From a virus (lineage: Duplodnaviria; Caudoviricetes), in IMG/VR virus record IMGVR_UViG_3300009370_001679, positions 1 through 64,000 of that record: DNA of 64,000 bases; one strand, given 5' to 3'. This document shows positions 19,801-30,500 of this stretch, in pieces. The position numbers were made by a program, and so were the translations under genes. Numbering within the stretch: the stretch's first letter is position 1; the number at the start of each line of letters is the position of its first letter. Under the pieces are notes generated by a model, which was not told the DNA's origin, did no database searches, and saw only the letters and a list, made by a program, of their open reading frames with translations.

Positions 19801-21567
19801 GCACCAAAAGGTATATATCGAATGCCAGCATACTCAGGATTACGCGGAGAGAAGGGTGTCATTGATGAAAAAACGGGCAACCCAAGGCGAATCTTCGCCA
19901 TAACAGATATCAAGCGTAATAAAGATCATTTTGATGCAATGTTCCCGTTCTTTAAGGAACTCAGTAACGAGATTTTGGGTATGGCAGGACAGGGCTATAT
20001 TACGTCAGCTTCTACGGATGGAGGTGTTGGGTTTAATCCACAGAAAATGGCAGACCTTGGCGGAGCAATAGGTGGGGCGAGTAGGGATGCTCTAGCGCGT
20101 TGGTCAACGCTGGAGGATGTATCCAGTTGGTATGGTAAAGACGGACTCCCAGATAGAGAAGCAGAGAAGATGATTGGCCTGTTTTGGAATTTTAAAAAGG
20201 TAAACACAGCTCTTAAAAAGATGCAGGGAAATGCACGAACAGCAATGCGAATGGCTGAGGAGCAAAATAACGGAATGTGGGCTAGATCTGGCCTGTTTGG
20301 TGGCGATGTCAAAAATTATCCAGACTGGCTGAAACCCGCACAAAGAAATCAACCAAACCAACAACCAAACCAACAACCAAACCAACCCCAGCAGATTCCC
20401 CAACAAAACGCACAAGGCCAACAATTCGCAACGGGTGGCCCAGTAGGAATAGACTGGTCTCCAAGAGGAACTGACACCGTTCCCGCGATGCTAACACCCG
20501 GCGAGTTTGTTATGAGAAAATCCGCCGTAGACAAGTACGGCATAGGCTTTATGGCTGCTATTAATGAAGGCAGAGGAGGTTCTGGAGGATATATGCACGA
20601 AGGTGGTGTTGCTAGTGTTTCACAGTTTGGAGATGTCGCTACTGCCCCCAAAGCAGATCCTGCCATAGCCAAGATTGAGAAAACCGGAACTGCGACATGG
20701 GATAAGATGACCAAAATGGACAATGGTATGCAAGCCCCTATGTCAGACATTAGCGCCATTAAAGCTACTACCTTAGCAACAAACGAAACTACCGCAGGTA
20801 TGTCGAATTCATTCCCCACTCTGAATGACTTATTGCAAGGTATGAGAAGTAAGATAGCTGATATATGGGACAATGTTGGGGGGCCTGCTCCTGCCGCAGC
20901 TTATGCACCAGCCGATATCGATGTCACCGCGATAGTTGCTGAGCTGAAAGTGCTCGCCCAGAGCGCTATTAAAAATCGGAATCAAAACTTTACGAATGTC
21001 ACCGGACTCGCCAATATGCTGATGGAATTGCATCCGCTTCAACTGATGGCGATGCCCAACTTTTTCGCCACAGGAGGTATGGCTAGAGGAACCGACACTG
21101 TTCCCGCAATGTTAACTCCCGGCGAATTTGTAATGAAGAAAAGCGCTGTTGATAAGTATGGCGTAGGCTTTATGAGAAGCCTTAATAATGGTGCCTCTCC
21201 TACATCAAGGTCAAGAGGTGTACAATACCTTCACGATGGAGGTTCTGCGGTGGGTGGTGGCGGAGGCCTCTTTGCAGGGGTCGGAGATATTGTTTCTTCA
21301 ATTAGTGACTCTTTATCCGCCTTTACGCAAGCTTTTAGCTTATTTAGTGGGCTTTCTAGCATGCTAAGCAATACAATTAATAGTATGGCAGACATGAATA
21401 TAACCCATAATATTAACATTAATGGAAGTTTAGCTATTCCCGGATTCTCACAAGAGGACATTGATGGTATAATTGCGAACATATCAAATGGGGTTACTCG
21501 TGGAGTAGACGAGAAAATAAAGCAAGCTTTTGCAAAGCGAGATACAGACAACGAGAACAGAACATAA
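10840..21567 (+). CDS. Tail tape measure protein, 3575 aa, multi-module
   Basis: N-terminal TP901-type tape-measure core (FEKEM..ISQVTG, LSQAGF, FAVES.DL, TRE...IATG.RTI..RI); long Ala/Gly/Met-rich helices; hydrophobic segments; DTVPAMLxPGEFV modules; GAGGAG SD. Confidence 0.9.
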   Translation: MASKFNLTAQLSLAPPTNVPQIVRQVNQQLQGISMNINPVVNAKSLNQANQAVQRVGVSAKVTSKNLNTAAGSASSLGSALGAAARRFASITLATGFFLALTRALGSAVGRAIEFEKEMLKISQVTGKSVRSLRDLSNEVTRLSGNLGVSSEELLNAARTLSQAGFAADKVTGALKVLAQTDLAATFDNIKDTTEGAIAILSQFRKEVRAAGGEVQFLEMAMDSINAVSKSFAVESADLISVVRRTGGVFEAAGGKLNELIALFTSVRATTRETADTIATGFRTIFTRIQRSETIDSLRELGIVLQDTEGKFVGPMEAIARLSAGLQALDPRDFRFNEIVEQLGGFRQIGKVIPLIKQYTTSTEALAVANNAMGSTARDAGIAQQGLGNQFAQLKEKFDATVRSLADSDTFQTLATSAIKMAEAILRIVDALEPLLPMLTALAAFKLGQIAIPAFGKFAGIGANAGGKIHGFAGGGMVPGRGNRDTVPAMLEPGEFVMRKSAVKKIGANNMAEMNAKGYASGGQVYEQNYGAAILTPTSSKGDWSGGYTQISEEQSVPIGGYKLGDSKGRTALEASWNIVRNRMRSTPEELTFKEFEPFAMKELAKQTPMIAKSSPNQGVYQAFEQGIQDGIIEGTRLAAVNVSKQIPGTTVSTPESGSQIESFMASINQGAKGNMFEQVMDAFGEPFDQREPDPTKPFDYMPGQFGPLRKGFSNILAKAQHIEAKASQTKAAPAKMGPKVLAQRARYAPNDQNFLGNVQEKLIPLLAKKRDQEVPAGAIPKKGKGTKKPSGGVMHTMPSTAGLANSHFGGKIGYYAKGGKTDTVPAMLTPGEFVLKKSAAQGIGYSNLHRMNQSNGVNGYAAGGIVTGTRGFYGNGVPGGGASIGTIPGIESASKGFTQLAKSIGDLVGQLIRAGESITLGANSASEKLVQGANVLGPELSQAGQAFIGLPATILNLLDDGAVQLGTGLADAAKGIGSIDNIMIKALTASLAPFTAAMADASKGISAVDNIMNTTMTGAMAPLKTSLSLLDGEFKKFGKELMLKLKYFDILKKANTDLVTVMNDLGKKLIEKGDDFDILKPPIATVEQALIRVSNYLNNFYQIFTPLAGAVRQLSVAMQNQAATITASGAGVAAGAGGAALQGPMTQLAANMSMAAKRMSNIAVIGASLQQAMANLVTSLNSGKGSINNITINSAATAQELAELKAELAKAQARILELETAAAQASTQMKKTGASGGAAAGGMMMGGGGGGQMGNNLMMAGMAAGMVAQSMDGLNDKTKTFVTDITMIGMMLGMVAMSFAPMLKGLFMVAGSSTTAAAALSAQTAATAVEVAASEAATLADMQKAGAGFAASAIDAQKTVAGGAATIADRLKALAAADAAKADKMKAGAAMLAGGIMVGLAIAATYVIMRSKALGEQAKKLTEEYQDSIKELQEGGAGTNLADAQAKVRAALQKEAEAAGATFSGFVSAIAATIVVIAAAVGLFFAGIATGGLAWAAAAAIFIAAAGVAGAEMGAAFATAEEAIGASTDALVASTFYAATALNGLTAANQAMELEQLSGVALMERQGQAFDDFYASSLQAAGAMASFQGMEAGMDQEFRGEMEDSDVFEAVKDGGIDAMKELSQAWFKMASDMKNGMNGAVDEMIEGGASIRDAMDSAEIQGQLKKYGAAVEMATRLQMMMSGLQKQQAKQELGLAGMTDEEMSRAQRLQVMAREKELIDKASADTAKKASDAQEKSMNDRLEADAKAKKAAAEKLAADIALAKQAYRSALALSTFEVAMVGLSGAMSMADMEFGALTGSIKQFKSVNDKLIATLASGNVSPEAEQAAMATAGQFGLERETVALIQKMKDNEKIRKVLTEKGMEAFSGTLEESAANLRFDEFMRDQGIDLSGLDADIRAEIMNMLEDGLQPGEIEEIMNKINGANEEQIKVLAELAKAQNDYVGALFKFGGEVVKLNELYAKAISNVISVQLKGAERLAKAQGRDMTVGDVRAAEEAKRRAPLQARGLVGGGVGATQIQLERNRQKARDLADRVKAEAEGGQDAETITKLQNEQKDLASETNALTANLKKLSDQSKLAAAIMGEIDKEKGKRETIRGLISEFTFASNQGRKDMDRNFMALQRVMETGSLNSIPDEMRSAVGGLLGTLENIAIGPQGQTGGEIKKMLEMQMANQLKIRATGRPLTAEEMQRIFDKTTKEEKLIDDLKALNAEEVAAATALADHQADKIDDLLVGIERLIATLEAAQANAGNAAQGAMQQMQNPMHGGLIQGFAEGGTASSSATSLAAGTSGVSSSAKAASYTSSGKNMFQPRGTDTVPAMLTPGEFVMQKSAVDSIGVATLSAMNKGEKPIYRQGGGPVSTSWMNFNQEDLTLGATMMGGSITGIINDVIKGITETVANVGALKFSDFKGLTGSDVIAEDTGYRLDGWDDFVMSGGKSMSVSGGSLHRAALKRQRTRSALEEWFEIRAWGPRIGNPAVAAAMLEDLYKRKDYMQAIRAHRFFYNKKYPDGGSIGNNKNSGAFDYWNMSAAVGADAINDALAASEEAARYLTTNQTEGEVGAVQSISFAEDIRKRYAGGPARGVAAGLAEDPNTAVTLAEASNYRSVQKTLPELRRVYQEYRTNGQNIWGSNKNILYSGEDKGAKNSMGMPYPLKTEGSSPKLFVPDPSLASQKLKNPGDPQYAWMSGPNFRTSKSVLGTDNEAAYYESLLDDSKFAIVGNRMAEISGIVRSATKSASSAYGSFLHNNLFTDEMAGMLKEFYTDPNAATAENQVNQIAEKLQRASNSGAWQGGDPNAILAAVVFNQLSKLPGISDAIENTTGFNQGPAVGSETADKFAGALGYVPWRLDDPSLMNKNIIKAVEDRRNDAGRRMMGAGLITADWGAEFKALWKGEDDKTISASFVADKMTALLREIEGPGGNDIMGAGLLGAIQQQQADAAADAAAQEAAAVEEVEGRVVPNLDVFYGGDAQKAQALLTALGEYPGRDKAPKGIYRMPAYSGLRGEKGVIDEKTGNPRRIFAITDIKRNKDHFDAMFPFFKELSNEILGMAGQGYITSASTDGGVGFNPQKMADLGGAIGGASRDALARWSTLEDVSSWYGKDGLPDREAEKMIGLFWNFKKVNTALKKMQGNARTAMRMAEEQNNGMWARSGLFGGDVKNYPDWLKPAQRNQPNQQPNQQPNQPQQIPQQNAQGQQFATGGPVGIDWSPRGTDTVPAMLTPGEFVMRKSAVDKYGIGFMAAINEGRGGSGGYMHEGGVASVSQFGDVATAPKADPAIAKIEKTGTATWDKMTKMDNGMQAPMSDISAIKATTLATNETTAGMSNSFPTLNDLLQGMRSKIADIWDNVGGPAPAAAYAPADIDVTAIVAELKVLAQSAIKNRNQNFTNVTGLANMLMELHPLQLMAMPNFFATGGMARGTDTVPAMLTPGEFVMKKSAVDKYGVGFMRSLNNGASPTSRSRGVQYLHDGGSAVGGGGGLFAGVGDIVSSISDSLSAFTQAFSLFSGLSSMLSNTINSMADMNITHNININGSLAIPGFSQEDIDGIIANISNGVTRGVDEKIKQAFAKRDTDNENRT
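12292..21150 (+). repeat. Five dispersed copies of DTVPAML[TE]PGEFV[ML]xKSA (starts 12292, 13306, 17782, 20473, 21094)
   Basis: Read directly from the translation and DNA; amino acids nearly invariant, third codon positions diverged. Confidence 0.95.
20350..20385 (+). repeat. Perfect tandem repeat (CAACCAAACCAA)x3 encoding a QPNQ linker
   Basis: Direct sequence inspection. Confidence 0.9.
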
Positions 21568-24500
21568 TGGCAAATATAAAATCCACAAAATCATTACATA
21601 TACAGAATGATCAGACCGATGCTGCGGGTGTATACCAGCGCAATCGGGGTATGGATTTATTTCTAGAAGCTCCCGGCGGAATTCAGCAGTTTACAAACTT
21701 TGACGCCAAGGTTGCGTCTTATAATAACAATGACGCAGAGGTTAGAGCAGGACTCTTTGATAGTCCGTATAGATACCTTGAGCTGGAAAGACAGTATGAT
21801 GGTACCGCCACTATGCCTTTCGAGTATGATAATGGCCAGTACTACCCAAGCGACATAAAGATTCTTGATGATATAGCTGTCGTTTCCTATAAAGAGCATA
21901 GCCAGAGAGTTTATCTTATCAATGAGACTATGAAAACTGGACATGTCATCGTAAAAGTTACATATGATAAGGTGGGCGAAGATGAAGTTTTTAATGATGT
22001 TGACCTTAATAGTGGGTTGGTTTTTGCGAATGTTGGAACTGCGGCTAGAAACTTAACAGAGTTTGCCGGTGCAAGCAATATAGTGGGGAGTAATTCTGGT
22101 GTAGAGTCTGGATATAGTATTAGCCCCACCGGAGATGTCGCTGTAGACTTAGGGATAGGCTGTACTACCACAACATCTGATGAAGATTGCACCGTGTTTG
22201 GTGGTGATACATGGACATGGAGTGGGGGAACATGGGTTCAACAAACATTTACAGGATGTGGAGCATGTTTGGACCCATCGTCCGCGACCAGCTGTGGGTG
22301 TGATTCTATGCCACCAGTCGCTCCCGGCACATACGATGGTGAGGGTGGAACCGGAACATGTGCTGCCAAAACAGAAGTAGTTTGCGACCCATTTGTAGAA
22401 GATGATGATGGTACTGATGTCAAGAAGAGGGTTAATGAGGGGGTTCAAGATTGCGCAGGCCCAACAATGCCCGCAGATGCGCTAGAGAATAAAGAAGGGG
22501 GTATATTCTTTAGTCAGGTAAAGAACAAAAAGGGCGAAATCATTGACGTTCTTCAGGGGCTTGTAGTTGATTTTAGCGAGAAGTCAACACCTAGCGATGC
22601 AACACTGTTAAGTCTTAGGTCAAGGCATGACTCTAATTTGATATGGGTAGATGAGTGCGCCGAGGATACAGTGACTTATTATTATAAGGTTCCCTGCCAA
22701 GTGGTTGATTCTTTTTACTGGCAGATAGGACAGAAGACCCAGTGTGGAAGAGTGGATATCTTTGAGCGTCGTAGCGGGACCATAACAGCTGTTGACGGAA
22801 ATAAGATTACGGTAACAGGCCCCACTGGAGACAGTGAACTGATAATTGATGGTTTTGACACTAATCTACTGAATGACTACGATAGAATTAAAATTGTTTC
22901 GGGGGTAAACGAAACCCCAAAAGATCACGTCCATCCTATTAACGGAATCAAATATGTTAAACGAACAGCTAATGGTGATACTGAATATTATATATATGAT
23001 GATGAAAACTTAACACAGGAAACAGACACCTCCTCTCTTAAAAGCACCGATGGTTTACTATGGGCTTTTCATCCCGATGACTCTGACTTTGGGGTTTGGA
23101 GATATAAGACCACATTATTTTCCCCTAACGGTCTCAATGGAGACGGAGTGACGGGTCGCGGAAGAACACCCTACGTAAATCAGGGCGGCGTAGGCCAAAT
23201 AGCAGGCTACACAGGAGGGTATTACAGTGGGGGAAATGACACCGATATTCGCAACGCTTTAGATTTAATGGCGTGGGGATATAGGTTTGGTCAAGCAATA
23301 GATATTATAAAACAGCCCGGCACTGATTATTACTGGCTTGCTATTAGTGAGTTGGGGAATATAGCTAATTCAGATAGTGGAATGGATTATTTTGGGCGGG
23401 TTCAAGGGTCTCAGAATAGTCTCGCTCTCTCAAAATCGGTTTTAATAACTGATAAAGATGGCAACCCCGTTTTAGATGAAAATGGTCTTCGTCAAACAGA
23501 GATGCGGGGCATTTCTCTAGATGAAGCAATTGAATTCGGTCTAGACCCTAAACTTCCCGGACTGGCTAGCATGTTTATAAATCACATTACTGGTAAATAT
23601 GATGAGCAAATCGATTGGAACCACACAGAACACTATTCTTACGGCGGGGTAGAGCAAGACCAGAGCAACAGGGCTTCGGGTAAAATCACCTCTATTTTGT
23701 CTCCCTATGGGTACCAAGTTCTAAAACCTAAACATTTAGGGTATGGAAGGGTTTGGCTTTATAAGATAAACATGAATAGTGCTGACTCTGCTATTTCCTC
23801 AATAGGAACCGCTGAGGAGATTAACGCAGCTACAAGAAATGGTCACATTTCAGAGCCACCATTATGCATGGGTGATTACATTGCTGGTTTAACGGATGTC
23901 GATTTTCCTACCAATGTTGAGGGATTGGATGGCTATGGTTATTCCATCTTTTCAAAGTTGGGGTATTTGTACTGGTTTAGAGCGTGGATTTCTAACCTTA
24001 AATCTGGAACGGTTGGAGGTTTTAGTGGGCATGCTAAGGCGCACCACAGGGGGTCGTTTGATAAATGGAACTATAATTCTGGATATCCCAAGAAGTGGGC
24101 GCCTTCATGGTCTTCCGACGAAGAAGACACAGATGAATATGGAAATCCGGGCGGGTTTGATTCGGGTATGGATATTGATCTGCCCGGCGGCGGAACGATG
24201 GGCGGCATGATGGGTGATATGGGCGGTGGTGGTGATGGTGATGGTGGTGATGGTGGTGATGGCGAAACCAAGACCATCGGCCGTGGTGGCGTTACAAACC
24301 TGTTCTTTATTGAATCGCAGAGGTTCGTCAATGAGCTAGTTATGTATAAAGGCGAGTTCGGTTCGGTATTTGGCACGGCCAATGTTAATTTTTTTCCAGA
24401 TGATATACTACAATTTTTTAGGACTAACGAGACTCCGTATGCCCCCTATGCAACATCTGCTGATATCCTAACTAACGGTTTTAAGTTCGCTGACGGGTTT

Positions 24501-27500
24501 GGTTTTAATATATGCATGAAGGTTGACGACGTTACAAACGGAAGTAAGCCAATAATAGCTATTTCAAATACCGCATTCCCATATCTACCCCCTGTTAGTA
24601 GATCTACAGACGGTGCTCTTGATTCATTGCAGAAATATTTAGACAGGCTTAAAAGAAAGGGGTATGAAGACGCAAACACTCAGGACTTTATAGACAGGCA
24701 CACTAAGACGAATGAGTTTATTATAGATTTTCTTAGCGATGGAAGTGGAGAAGCTATAGATCTTGGTAGCCTTTCTAGAAATGGCTCAATTTTTATACAT
24801 AATTGCAACCAACAGGTAAACACTCAGGAGTTAGATCATACACTGAGAGTCTCTCGACGCGACTTTCATCTCCCCGAAGACCCTCGAAAGGGTTGGTGGA
24901 GCGGGAAGGATACCCTGTATAACAAATATTTTTATGAGTACAATTATTGGTATGGGAATCCCCCATCGATGATGTTTAGGGATGGATCGCTTCTTGTTGG
25001 CACAGATGAGGGACGCATTAAAGTATTTAAAGAGGGGTCTCTATCAACACACAGATGTAAGCGCACAAAGCCAGATTCATACTATACTTTACATAGTAAA
25101 TTTATTACCATTGGTGATGTCGATTACCTTCTGCCAAAGCCGGGGTATGCTGGAACATTCGCCGGTGATCCTAAACAGCCCGTAGAATCTTCAGGATATA
25201 GGTATTTTACCGACGAAGATAAAAAACACATGAGAAAAGGCGCATTTTCAAATAGGGGAATGGTCGGCGATAGTGGTACCTTCGAGGGGGGTGTGGATTA
25301 TCTCGATACGTGGGTATGGAACGCAAGCTCTAAATCACCACAGATATATAATATTGAGGGTGGTCGTGAGTGGAGAGTAACTAATCGTCAACCGATATCC
25401 CAGTTTATACCCATGATAGTGGAAGATGATAAACCGGCAGATTTCGTTTCTGTTTATCGTAACTATTCCCACTACTATATCAATCCTACTAGCGATATTC
25501 TCACAACCCCCATTATGCCAGTATTGGGAGATAACACATCTGGGCAATCAGCAACAAGTCCTTATGCCATAAGTAACCAGACAGATCCAAGGGTTCAAGA
25601 CAAAGACCAAAGAAATATATTGCTTGGTCAGCCTTTTGGGTATACATTTAGGTGTGATAATAGACTTCTTATAGTTCATGGAGCTTCTTATACTAATGAG
25701 TTTGATACTGTAGGTAATGATATAGCCCATAGGTTATATCTATACGAGGTGAATAAGAATGGGTTTTTTGACTTCTTTCAGAAGATAACTCCAGCGACCA
25801 GTAATTTGGCCAACGGGACTATCCCTAAAGATGGTGTTCAGAATGTTCGCCGTAGAGTTGATTATGGGTCAACCACAAAGGACACTCCAGAGGAATCTAC
25901 ACCAGAATATGTCAATGTCTTTCCCGAAGGAGCTATGACTTTTGAGGAGAAGAACGAAGAAAGCAGGACAATAGCATACCTAATGACAAATATGTATGAT
26001 GCCCTATCTGGGATGTTGGTATTGATGACCCCTTACGGGAAGGCGGTATTTGACGATAGTGGGGCAGCCAAGAGCTATGAATTTGTCGGCGACCAGAGGA
26101 GCGTTCAGATATCCCCCTATTTCTCATTTACAGAAGAGTTTAATGCAAAAAATCCATATAACCTTAACAATATGTACTCATATCGTGAGGGTCTTGGCAT
26201 TGATTACCCTGCAAATATTTATGATATAAATGATGAACATGGCGGTTTGTGCGCTTTCTATAACATAGAAACTAACTCATCACAATACAACTCAATTAGA
26301 ATATTAAAAAGTGTAAAATTTACAGTTGATGTAGCAGAAAATGTTACCATTAAGGGTGCGGATGACACTGACGTTACTCAAGTTTTGCCGATTTTAACAT
26401 TCTATAAAGACGACCCTAGAAAGACAATAACACAAACGGGAGTTACTGATGTGATAGGGGGCGGAACCAAGCTGCCTTATGGGCCTAATTCGGCGAACAA
26501 TCCTAACTCGCCACACAATCCTCTCTACGCTGATGGACTTCAAGATAGCGCAGCCCTAATAAAATATCCTACTTATGCCAGAACCAGTGTGGCTGGAGAT
26601 CAGGGTTGGCGCGGAACAGTAATTATAGATGGGCCCGAAATATCTGTTTTTGCTGCAAATGGATCATTAATTAAGGGTTCTAGTGACAACAAGACTATTC
26701 TTTATAATGATGGAAATGGATATACAGATGGGTCTTACAGTCAAACGTTTGATGATGTAAACAAGGCTAGCTTTGATTCTAGAGCTCAGGTTGAAAGCAC
26801 TTTAGTTGTAGGTCTGATGTCTCACAATACTCAAACTTCAGACTTTGACGGAACCTATAGAACGAAGTGGGTAGCTGGGGACGAGGATACTGGAACATGG
26901 GGTCAAGAACTTAACTATATTCCATACAGTAAGCCATTTGATATTTCCTCCAACGTGCACTCATTTATAAATAAAGCTAAAATATCATCTGTTGAGTTTA
27001 CTTATAAGGACTATGATCTTGGAGATTTAAGGAGGTTTCGGTGTGCGACTTTCAGAGAGAGTCAACACGGCCCCCTAACCAAACCTTTTGCTGATGGCTT
27101 CAGGCAGCCGGGCACTGAAGGGTTTTTAAGAATGGGAAAATCTAAAACCCCTGCGTTTTTTGATACAGAGGGCATAGTTCTTAGTGGGACAAATAGTGAA
27201 TCTATACAGATAATAGAATCTGTTAGTTATGATTATTGGGGCCCTAACTATATTCAATACGTTTCGGACCCGATTAGTCATGCTTCAGATATTCAAAAAC
27301 CAGAGTTCTTGAGTCTCTCAATATTTTCTGCACCCCAAAGCTCTGAAAGCTTTAATATGTCAACATCTGGCCATATTGCCTCTAGTGGATTGATTCCTAC
27401 TTATATAGGTGGTGTTGCGAGTCATTCTGAGAGTATGCCTCTTAAAATCGGATCTACTCCAGTTGTGAATTATTTAGGGCTATCCCTTCCTGTGCCATTT

Positions 27501-30500
27501 GGGTTTAAGTGTGACGGAATGTCTCTGTTTACCCCAACAGCGTTTGGTACAAGCATAGCTAGCGGCATGTCGGCTCAATTTCCGGGCGGAACTGGTGTAG
27601 ATAAAGGCATGGCATTATCTATAGGTATGCCGCATAACAGCGGTGGAATGAAGCTTGCAATGGGTCAGGCAGCTTTGGGTAGTGGCAATATGAATGTTGC
27701 AATGTCTGGAGTGTATGGCTCTTACAATAGTATACCATGCATAGAGGGTAATCTATACCTCAACGCTACCTATGTCAATAACGGCAATATGCCTTTAAAC
27801 TTAGGTAGGCTTTCAGACAGCGGAAATATGCCACTATATATGAGAACACCAGATCCGGCTTCTGGGGTGGTGAATTTGGCTATTAATACAGAGCCATTTA
27901 ATAGTAATAATGCTTCATACCCCTCTGGGCTTCATCTTCGTCAAAAGGGGTTTGCAGAAAAGACAGCAAATACAAACTTGTATATTGGCGAGCAGGCCAG
28001 CGAAGCTTCTGCACCTTTATTCTTAATGCAACCACACAGGATTCCGTTTATAGACCCGCAATCTCCGGCGACCTATGAGGGAGACGACACATCTCAAATA
28101 CCAACACTTTACGTTTCTGGAGCCGCTGTTCCTACTGCTAATAGTTTAGATGATAATTTTCATCATCAAAAACAGATGGTTCAGGAAAATTCACAGTTTG
28201 ACTATAGCTCTAACGCAGAGACTATTATTTCTTACAATAGCTCGAACTCTCTGTCTAGAAACACTTTAAGCCCGAGCAACACGGCAGACTATGGGGTAAA
28301 AAGAATATCCAAAGTCGGAAGCAGTCTGGAGAATTACAATGGGTTGGGTACAAACTCTTTCTATAACAATGAAATGTCTAGGCAGGCAATAGATTCAAAT
28401 GGAACATATTTAGCGGTTGGTACGAATTCTAGTGTTCTATCCGACGATCCATCTTTGCAGATTTTCGACGTTTTAAATGAAAGCTCTGTCAGGTTAGCGT
28501 ATACATACACTGAGTTTGAGGAAGACCTTTTAGATTTGGGAATCTCTGATGCTGGTCAGATTATGTTCTATTATAAGGATGTTAAGGTCTCACCAGAAAA
28601 TAAAATAGCCGTTTCTATAAGAGCTCAGTTTGATCAACATGTTTCTGATATGATATTCATATTAGAGGAACAAGCGTTCGATAGGATATCAACAACAAAA
28701 ACTGATTTTGATGAGTGCGCAATAAAACCTCAAAAACGACTTAGTGTTAGCGTTGAATCTTTTGAGAGGTGGAAAATCACATCAGTATTTACTTCTAGCT
28801 CTTGGAAAGAAACGACCAGTGCAGATAAGATTCTGAATAGGGTTATGGGCGAGTCTATATCTTGGAAGGGCGAAGATTTATACTACGGAAAACAAAGCAC
28901 GCGGTTTGCCAATGTTTACGCTAGGTATGAATCGGATGATTATGCAACAGAAAACAAAGCGTTTGGGTTTGGTGACACGAGCGATGCTACGAACTACAAC
29001 AAAAATATAAACAACATACCGACAGGAACAAAGACTGGGTTTGGAGCAAAAATTCAGCTTGCGGGAGACTTCGCTTTTGTTGGTGCTCCATTGCTCGACC
29101 CATATATTGCAAACAATAATCTTTCTGCTGTTAATGCCGCATCGCCAGATGGAGCTGTTTATATATTCAAATATGATAGCGGATGGTCGTATGTTGATGC
29201 AATTTATAGTGGTGGATTAATATCTTCTGCTATTGCAGGGGTGGATAGCTGTGCTTATGATGCAAAACTGTTTGGGTATGATTTAGATTATGATTCCACA
29301 TCCGGATACCTATCTGTGGGCGAACCAATGTCTAACACGGTATATCAGTTTAATATTAGCTCTACGGGAACGCCTTCGCTATTGAATTCTTACTCTAGTA
29401 CAGACAGCAAGTTTGGAACTTTTGTTAATTCTGTATCGGCAGGACTGATAACAAATACAAAGTCTAAAATACAAGATGTAGTATACTCTCAAGATTTTGA
29501 GTTCTCAACAGAAGAAATAGAATCCGAAATCCAGCAATATGTGCCCGGCGTCAATGTTATAAACAGCGTTTCTCACGAGATAGTGTCAGTCCAGAGGGCC
29601 ACCCTTACTGGCAAAGAAAAGCTGTTGGTGGCGCGAGATTTTGAGGTCAATTACGGCGCTGGGAGGGTCAAGAAAATACAAAAGATATCACTCTTGAACC
29701 TGCACGATATAAACGGCACGCTGTATATCTCTGGCCCGGGACCTGTTTCTGATTCACTAAACCTAAGTATGCCCATTCCTTCAGGAGGAGCTACTGGAGA
29801 CTTAGGTATAACATTCGGGTCAATCGGGACTGGCGTTGCGATGCCGTTACATCTAAGTAATTACATTGGTAGCGGGGAAGCTCCGCTACATATGAGAGGG
29901 CCATTGGAAATCCCAGTGCCCCTCTATATGAGCGCCGACTATACAGATACCACATCAGAGACTTCGCTAGTTACGGAGGGGCCAGTTTATGCTAGCGGCA
30001 CTTCTGACCTTAGCATTGAGGGTAAAACCGCTCGGGCCCTATCTTCCTCAATGTTTGTTCTTGGGGGAACAGAGGCGGGTGGAGGAATGGCGCAAATGGG
30101 AGTGTCTATGAGGATTGCTCAGGTTGACCTTTATCCTACATCTGGCCAGCAAGATGTTCTAATTGCCGGAATCGGAGACGGAATCGGAAGCGCTACGGCT
30201 ACCCCTTCTCTTTATCTTGGTGCTGGAGATTATGGGCCTGCTAGCGGCACAAGCCTTCTAAGAATGGAAGGGCCTCCATCAGCAACCGTTAGCGCCTCCA
30301 AAGGCTTGGCAATCATTACAGATCCCGCGTCGGGAGTGTTTGAGACCGTAGCCACCCTGATGATACCTAACACTCAAACCACAGACGTGAATGGTAGAAT
30401 ACTTAAAGCATCAGAGTCGTTATACTTGAGTTCTACTGCTCCAAATTCTGGAAACATGAACTTGGTTGTATGGAGAGAGGGTATTGGTGGCGGAAAAGAG

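Noticed and set aside
12292-21150. The repeated tape-measure modules as a DGR template/variable pair, CRISPR repeats or shufflon sites
   Set aside because: Differences are mostly synonymous rather than adenine-specific, spacing is irregular and kilobase-scale, and no reverse transcriptase, Cas or invertase gene is present in the window.
1885-21551. Long antisense ORFs (e.g. 1885-2322, 11484-11921, 14436-15056, 20349-20873)
   Set aside because: They lie opposite Ala/Ser/Gly-rich genes with biased codons and have no recognisable motifs; treated as shadow ORFs.
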